NCBI GenBank assembly: GCA_039028615.1
Contig: JBCCHT010000001.1
Span: forward strand, 128,001-192,000
Direction: 5' to 3'
Source: Myxococcota bacterium
GTDB taxonomy: Bacteria; Myxococcota_A; Polyangia; Nannocystales; Nannocystaceae
Length of the DNA: 64,000 nt
The notes under the pieces are model-generated. The model was not told the origin of the DNA and did not search any database. It saw only the letters and a list, made by a program, of their open reading frames with translations. This document shows, in pieces, positions 58,659 to 64,000 of the stretch; the first letter of the stretch is position 1, and each line of letters starts with the position of its first letter. The position numbers and the translations under genes are program-made.

Positions 58659-59192
58659 ATGTCCAACCCTGACTTGGAGCCACGTCTCTACGTGGCCTGC
58701 CTGGCGTCCTACAACGCTGGCACACTTTACGGCGAATGGATCGACGCCGCATGCGAAGTGGAAGAACTTCGCGACGAGATCCAACTCATGCTCGAAAGAA
58801 GCCCTATTCCTCGCGCCGAGGAGTGGGCCATCCACGACCATGAGGGTTTTTCCCCTTTGTCCCCCGGCGAGCACGAAGACCTCGAGCAGGTCAGCGAGGC
58901 CGCCAAACTGATAGCAGAGTTCGGAGCTCTGGCTGCCCATGTCCAAGAGGACGTGGGAGGTTTCGGCTACCACGAAACCGCGCGAATGGCCCTCGAAGAG
59001 CTCTACATCGGCGCCTACGATTCGGTGGGTGACTGGGTGGAGGGCCTTCTCGATGAGGGTTGCTACGGACCCATCAATGAAACGCTCCGAGCCTACATCG
59101 ATTCGGATCGTCTGGCGCGTGATCTGGAGCTGGCGGGCGACGTTCAGCTCTTTCCCCTGAACGGTCAGACGCACCTATTTTGGTCCCACTAG
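58659..59192 (+). CDS. ardA: Antirestriction protein ArdA
   Basis: RLYVACLASYNAGTLYGEWID, EEWAIHDHEGF and YIDSDRLARDL; very acidic. Confidence 0.93.
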   Translation: MSNPDLEPRLYVACLASYNAGTLYGEWIDAACEVEELRDEIQLMLERSPIPRAEEWAIHDHEGFSPLSPGEHEDLEQVSEAAKLIAEFGALAAHVQEDVGGFGYHETARMALEELYIGAYDSVGDWVEGLLDEGCYGPINETLRAYIDSDRLARDLELAGDVQLFPLNGQTHLFWSH

Positions 59193-59214
59193 CCTACTTC
59201 CTAACACCCACCCC

Positions 59215-60399
59215 ATGAGTAAGAAAACTCCGACCTCCAGCCCAAGACGGCCCTGGCTTGATGCCAACGACCTGCGAGCGCGGACGCTCATCCGAGATGT
59301 ACTGGCTGGTTACGATCTGCTCGAGCAGATGACCCAGTACGGAGCATCGCTTCAGGGCCCCTCTCCTTTCCACGAGGGAGGTGACCCCAGCTTCCGCGTA
59401 TACCTGGAGCGCGGCCTATGGAACGATTTCCAAGGCCGTCCAGAGGGCTGCAAAGGGAACGTCATCGGCCTGGTCCAGGCCCTCGAAGGATGCTCCTTTG
59501 CCCAAGCCCTCCACGTGGTCGCGGACCGCTTCGCCTCTCCTGCAACCGAGCCAACAGGGCCCGCCGCTGCCCGCCTGCATGCTGTCCCCATGGCCCCCGC
59601 GCCGGCCACAGCCGAACCGGTCGAACGAGACCCAGTTGCTTCAGGGGCTGGCACGGCGAGCCGGGCCGCCCTTCCCCCCGAGCGCCGGGCAACTCTCGGT
59701 CCTGAAGCACTTGGCCCCGCAGAGCAGGACCACGAGGAAACACCCCTCTTCGGGAAGGAGCTTCGGGGCCTACGCTACGATGTCCCGCTCCTCTTGGAGC
59801 GGGGCATCCAGGCGAAAGTGGCTCAGGCCTACGGCGTGGGCTACTGCATGCGAGGCCTCATGAAGAGCCGCCTCGTGGCTCCCGTGAAGACCGCCGAGGG
59901 CGAGATTGCCGGATACGTCGGCCGTGCCCTCAAAGCCGCGCCCCGCACCGAGCTTTGGAAGAACCCGGCCGGCTTTCCCAGGAGTCAGTATCTCTTCGGG
60001 CTGCACCGGATGCTGGATACCGGCGCCGGCCGAAAAGCCGTGAAGGACTACGGTCTCATCGTCGTCCAATCGCCGCTCGATGTTCTTCGGCTGGCGACCG
60101 CGGGCTTCCCCAATGCCGTGGCCCTCATGGCCGCTTCGGCTTCCAGGGCCCAGCTCCACCAGCTGACGAACCCCACCCTCAACCCGACTAGACGCGTGAC
60201 ATTGCTGCTGGACAACGACGAGGCAGGTCACCGAGGAAAACGAGAGGCAGCAGGCCATCTCATTCGCCTGGCCTTCGTTCGATACGCGTGTTGGAACGCG
60301 ATCGAGGCCACGCACTCCAGTCCCGATCGCCTCACCGACGAGGAGCTCCGGCCACTGCTCGCCCTTTCCCGCCCACAACACCCCACCATCAACACCTAA
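59215..60399 (+). CDS. DnaG-like protein (degenerate zinc-binding domain plus Toprim)
   Basis: SPFHE...PSF.V...GNVIGLV, RLVAP, GYVGR, YLFGL and LLDNDEAG. Confidence 0.8.
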   Translation: MSKKTPTSSPRRPWLDANDLRARTLIRDVLAGYDLLEQMTQYGASLQGPSPFHEGGDPSFRVYLERGLWNDFQGRPEGCKGNVIGLVQALEGCSFAQALHVVADRFASPATEPTGPAAARLHAVPMAPAPATAEPVERDPVASGAGTASRAALPPERRATLGPEALGPAEQDHEETPLFGKELRGLRYDVPLLLERGIQAKVAQAYGVGYCMRGLMKSRLVAPVKTAEGEIAGYVGRALKAAPRTELWKNPAGFPRSQYLFGLHRMLDTGAGRKAVKDYGLIVVQSPLDVLRLATAGFPNAVALMAASASRAQLHQLTNPTLNPTRRVTLLLDNDEAGHRGKREAAGHLIRLAFVRYACWNAIEATHSSPDRLTDEELRPLLALSRPQHPTINT

Positions 60400-61298
60400 A
60401 CCCCAACCCCATCGATCTACTGGAAACTCACCGACGCTTCCGGCGGTATTGCGCCGTGGAGGAGGGCCTCAGCCCTCGAACCGTCTCCTCTTTCAAGGCA
60501 TTCATCACCACTTTCGTTAACAGAAGCAGTGCCTCGACCGTAAAGGACATTTCCCTGGAACGGTTGCGGGATTTTTTCTACGAGGGCAAGGAACTGCATC
60601 AATGGTCGTACTGGCACTACGTCAACCACCACAAACACTTCAGGAAATTTCTCGATTGGTGTATCAGACAAGGCTACACAGACAGAAACCCCGCACTCAA
60701 GATCAAGAAACCCAAGAAACCCCAGTCCCTGCCTCGGCGCCTCACCTACGAGCAAGCTCAGGCAGTGCTCTATGCCTCCTTCAATCACCCCTGGCGCTAT
60801 GCCTTCGAGCGCACTCGAAACCACGCGTTGATCGCCTCTCTGCTATTCACAGGGCTGCGTGCCAGAGAGCTCCTAAACCTGGAGCTCCATGACCTCGACC
60901 TCAACGACGGAACTCTGCTCGTACGCGCCGGAAAGGGCAACAAGGACCGATTCGTTCCCATTCATCACAAACTTCGACATGCCCTGCAACGCTATCTCGC
61001 CGCCCGCGCTCGCCACGGCCGAACGTCTTCGCGACTCTTCACTCATGCCCTCCAAGACAGCCCGCTGGGGTACCGCGCTCTGAACCGCATCTGCCAGAGA
61101 CTTTCTCGAGCGACTCGAATCAAGTTTACTCCCCACTGCCTTCGACATACATTCGGCAGCGTCTCGATCGAACAGGATATAAACCTAGTAAAACTCAAGG
61201 AAATAATGGGGCACAGACACATATCTTCAACCATGATCTATCTAAGCATGGCGCCCGCCAACCTTAAGGAGAGCCTAAATCGCCTTGATCTCTTTTGA
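60288..61298 (+). CDS. XerC/XerD-like tyrosine recombinase
   Basis: TGLRARE, GKGNKDR, PHCLRHTF, MGH and IY; conserved part begins near 60411, so the start is uncertain. Confidence 0.92.
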   Translation: MLERDRGHALQSRSPHRRGAPATARPFPPTTPHHQHLNPNPIDLLETHRRFRRYCAVEEGLSPRTVSSFKAFITTFVNRSSASTVKDISLERLRDFFYEGKELHQWSYWHYVNHHKHFRKFLDWCIRQGYTDRNPALKIKKPKKPQSLPRRLTYEQAQAVLYASFNHPWRYAFERTRNHALIASLLFTGLRARELLNLELHDLDLNDGTLLVRAGKGNKDRFVPIHHKLRHALQRYLAARARHGRTSSRLFTHALQDSPLGYRALNRICQRLSRATRIKFTPHCLRHTFGSVSIEQDINLVKLKEIMGHRHISSTMIYLSMAPANLKESLNRLDLF

Positions 61299-61490
61299 CC
61301 CCTGCCAAGATGCTCGCAGCTACAAACCGCAGTAGCGAGTCCTTTCTTCTAACTGGTCAAGTTCAACTTGGATTTGTATAGGGCCCAAAACGAACCAACG
61401 CATCAGCGCAAGATCACAACACCCCGCGCCGATGTTCGGCTTCTAACCAGGCGAGGTAGACACCCTGCCCCGGACCACATACGCCTGAAG

Positions 61491-62237
61491 CTAGCTGGCC
61501 TTGTCCCCGTCGGCGGCATCCACCAAGTGAACAAAGGGTTTTTGTAGCTCGGCGTTCAACGCCTTGGTAAAGGGCGAGAGGTCCTCCAGGGGCTCAGGCG
61601 AGAATTGAATATACTTGGACACTGCGCCTGCGAGCTCATTCATCCACTGATAAACATCATCATAGGTCTCCTCATGAATCAGAATTCGACCTCGGAACAT
61701 CAACGCAAAGGCCAAGCGAAGATTCTCTCTAAATTGTGGAATTTCCTTTTCTAGCTCCTTGGTTTGAAAATCGCTCAGCAAGCTCGTCTTCTTTTGCAAA
61801 ACCATCATCCGCCGAGTTGATATACCCAGATTGTACCACAATTCTGATGCAGTCTTCTGAAACTCCAGAGCCCACTCTAGGCGCCGCGCCTCCAAAGCCC
61901 GTCGTCGATCTGCTGTGAGTCCCAGATTATGCGCAAGATGCTGCTTTTTCTTTTCGATCACCCAGTTCCATACGTGTCCCAACAAAGCAAAGGCACCGAG
62001 GACTACGCCCCAGTCTATTTCCGAGTACCAAGACTCGGATTCGTCTTCTGATGGGGAGCCCTTCGTGGAGCCGGGGCCTCCCTTCGGGGCAGGGTCGTCG
62101 CTGTGCTCGGACGCTGGATTTGGCTCGGATTCGCCCGTGGCGGCTTGGGCAGTGGAAGAAGCGATAAAGAGGCAACTGGCGGGCACCACCCAAATCCAGC
62201 AGGAAGCCTTGCTCAGCCAACGGGCTCGCTTTGACAT
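61491..62237 (-). CDS. Hypothetical secreted/membrane protein
   Basis: Signal-like N-terminus (..STAQA), disordered linker, TM, helical domain; ORF is open to 62501. Confidence 0.5.
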   Translation of the reverse strand: MSKRARWLSKASCWIWVVPASCLFIASSTAQAATGESEPNPASEHSDDPAPKGGPGSTKGSPSEDESESWYSEIDWGVVLGAFALLGHVWNWVIEKKKQHLAHNLGLTADRRRALEARRLEWALEFQKTASELWYNLGISTRRMMVLQKKTSLLSDFQTKELEKEIPQFRENLRLAFALMFRGRILIHEETYDDVYQWMNELAGAVSKYIQFSPEPLEDLSPFTKALNAELQKPFVHLVDAADGDKAS

Positions 62238-62870
62238 ACAGGCTATTTTACGACCATCCACGCCCCTGAACAACGGCCGGGAACTTGAACGGAGGGCCGG
62301 CTGAGTTGGACCCACTGCCACGTTCCACCATTTCTCACAGCGGCAGGCAGCAATCCAGGCCCAAACCGACGTGGCTCGCCCCCACTCGCACTGGCCACTT
62401 CGTTCATACGCGTACTCAGGGATCAAAGTTCGAACGAAGGGAACGGGGATGGGGTTAGGCAAAGTTGAACGCAGATTATCGGAAGCAGAAATCGTGGTCA
62501 CGGGCCCGAGATACCAGCTCAGCAGAGGAAATGCCGAGCCTCAGTACCACGACTTCTTTCCGCGAGCTTCGCAGATCAGATTCCAATAGGAAACGCCATC
62601 GATGGCGATAATGAACCTATCAGTCGCAGCGCCCGTGAGAAGTTCAAACACAACTATAGGGTCTGGGTTCAGACCAACGTATGACGGGCGCGGCAGATGA
62701 ACACCAGGATGACTCCTAAGGGGTTCCTCGATCGCCTTGACCTTTTCTGGCTCGATCTCTAGAATGGAGTTGCTACTGTATCCTGAATGCAGCACTCACG
62801 CCTCTCACCCTGATTCGTACGTTTTGGCTTCAACAAGCCAAAACCGAGATTCTCCTCAGTTCGAAAAGGT

Positions 62871-62947
62871 GGAGCAGCGGCTCAGTTGGCTAGAGCACCT
62901 CGTTTACACCGAGGGGGTCGGGGGTTCGAATCCCTCAATGCCCACCA
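62871..62947 (+). tRNA. tRNA-Val(TAC)-like sequence with non-pairing 5' acceptor strand (pseudo-tRNA or att site)
   Basis: GCTCAGTTGGCTAGAGC D arm, CCTCG-TTTACAC-CGAGG anticodon arm, GGGGG-TTCGAAT-CCCTC T arm, AATGCCC-A-CCA; the 5' GGAGCAG pairs at only 2 of 7 positions. Confidence 0.75.
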
Positions 62948-63027
62948 GCAAAGCACATAGGAGCCCTTGACAAGACCGAGTCGCAATTTCAGGAGATAGT
63001 AGCACTTAGCTACTAACCCCCGAATAC

Positions 63028-64000
63028 ATGAAATACGACGTCCTTTTGGCGCATCGCCGGTTCTGCCAAGAAGCCGAACTTCAAAACTACCGCCCCAGCA
63101 CCATCCAATGGTGGGAGCGGGCATTTAGCATGCTGCTGGCCCATTTCCAGAAGCCTGGCCTGCGGAAGGTCTCGGACATCACTCTCGATCGCTTGCAAAC
63201 CTACTTCATTGCCAAGCGAGCTTCGGGTTGGAGTGCCCACACCTATAGCAATCAGTACCGAGCACTCGATGCCTTTCTCAAATGGTGCGTGAGGCGAGAT
63301 CTCGCCTCGGCTAACCCTCTGGAGGCCATTCCCAGACCCAAGCTCGAGAAGAAACTTCCCAAACGCATTTCCGCTCAGGACGCCCAAATCGTCCTCGATT
63401 ATGCCTTCTATGGCCCAGCGACCTTTTCATTCAAGCGCTACCGCAACCGAGCCATCCTTGCGGTCATGCTCTACGCGGGTCTACGGCTTTCTGAAACCGT
63501 CAACCTGGAGACCCGAGACATCGACCTGGCCCACAGGACACTCTTCGTACGATGCGGAAAAGGGGCCAAGGACCGCCTCATACCTATTGGAGGAACGCTA
63601 GCCGCTTACCTTGAGAGCTATCTGCAAGAACGCAATCGACTGGAGAGGTCCTGTGTCTCGCTTTTCACGATGACCCGGGCTGACATACCCTTCAGCGCGA
63701 CGGGGCTGAAGCGAATGATCGCCCAGATCAGCAGAGCCACAGGCATTCGTTTCTCCGCTCACCGCCTACGCCACACCTTCGCCACCATGATGCTCGAGGG
63801 GGGCTGTGACCTGTTCAGCCTCAAGGAAATGATGGGCCACAGTCGCGTAGAGACAACGCTAGGCTACCTTTCCGCTACGACCCAGCATCTAGCAGCGCAG
63901 ATCACCAAGCACCCCCTGGAGCAGGAACCACGCACAGCCCCTCGAACCATGCCCGGCGCTTTTCAGGACACATGGGCTCACGGCGGCCGAAACCAACTAC
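63028..64000 (+). CDS. XerC/XerD-like tyrosine recombinase; runs off the window (absent from the ORF track)
   Basis: My translation: MKYDVLLAHRRFC...AGLRLSE...GKGAKDR...AHRLRHTFAT...MGHS...GY. Confidence 0.92.
   Translation, partial: MKYDVLLAHRRFCQEAELQNYRPSTIQWWERAFSMLLAHFQKPGLRKVSDITLDRLQTYFIAKRASGWSAHTYSNQYRALDAFLKWCVRRDLASANPLEAIPRPKLEKKLPKRISAQDAQIVLDYAFYGPATFSFKRYRNRAILAVMLYAGLRLSETVNLETRDIDLAHRTLFVRCGKGAKDRLIPIGGTLAAYLESYLQERNRLERSCVSLFTMTRADIPFSATGLKRMIAQISRATGIRFSAHRLRHTFATMMLEGGCDLFSLKEMMGHSRVETTLGYLSATTQHLAAQITKHPLEQEPRTAPRTMPGAFQDTWAHGGRNQL

Larger units (their letters stand above)
24770..64000. mobile_element. Composite integrative element/genomic island inserted at tRNA-Ala; right end is outside the window
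   Basis: att fragment, integrase, Xis-like HTH, coupling-type ATPase, two relaxase-like genes, ArdA, three tyrosine recombinases, and visibly lower, patchy GC. Confidence 0.85.

Noticed and set aside
60288..60411. Programmed -1 frameshift fusing primase and recombinase
   Set aside because: The frames would allow it, but the CCCTTTC heptamer near the stop is not in the X XXY YYZ phase
62541..62795. Small minus-strand ORFs here and at 56603-56848 and 47583-48152
   Set aside because: No recognisable motifs; they may be gene remnants, but I cannot support a call
1..64000. CRISPR array, cas genes or rRNA
   Set aside because: No regularly spaced repeats, cas motifs or rRNA-like sequence seen; the 47073/47108 repeat has only two copies and a 15-nt gap

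Overview
GC-rich bacterial DNA. The gene repertoire (Ser/Thr kinases fused to WD40, TPR or FG-GAP repeats, paired ECF sigma factors, a CHAT protease, many Cys-rich lipoproteins) suggests a myxobacterium; this is inference. Bases 1-24.7 kb are ordinary host genes. At 24,770-24,814 the 3' half of a tRNA-Ala(TGC) plus its terminator marks the edge of a composite integrated element of more than 39 kb that runs past the window end. It carries an arm-type tyrosine integrase and an excisionase-like HTH. It also carries a compact transfer-like operon: two membrane proteins, a VirD4/TraD-like ATPase with a striking 266-aa out-and-back x-S/G/T/A insert that looks like a giant beta-hairpin, and a replication-relaxation protein. 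No mating-pair genes are visible. Cargo includes a membrane protein plus ParB-like protein operon, a MORN lipoprotein, two pentapeptide-repeat proteins, a GHKL ATPase-nuclease fusion, a cluster of long perfect hairpins, an XRE/Fis-type switch with twin operators, and a coupled flavoprotein-SF1 helicase-unknown operon. A second backbone follows: replication-relaxation protein, ArdA, Toprim protein, two XerC/D-like recombinases and a tRNA-Val copy with a broken acceptor stem. The best candidates for undescribed systems are the hairpin-ATPase transfer module and the flavoprotein-helicase operon. All family calls come from motif reading by eye, not database searches.
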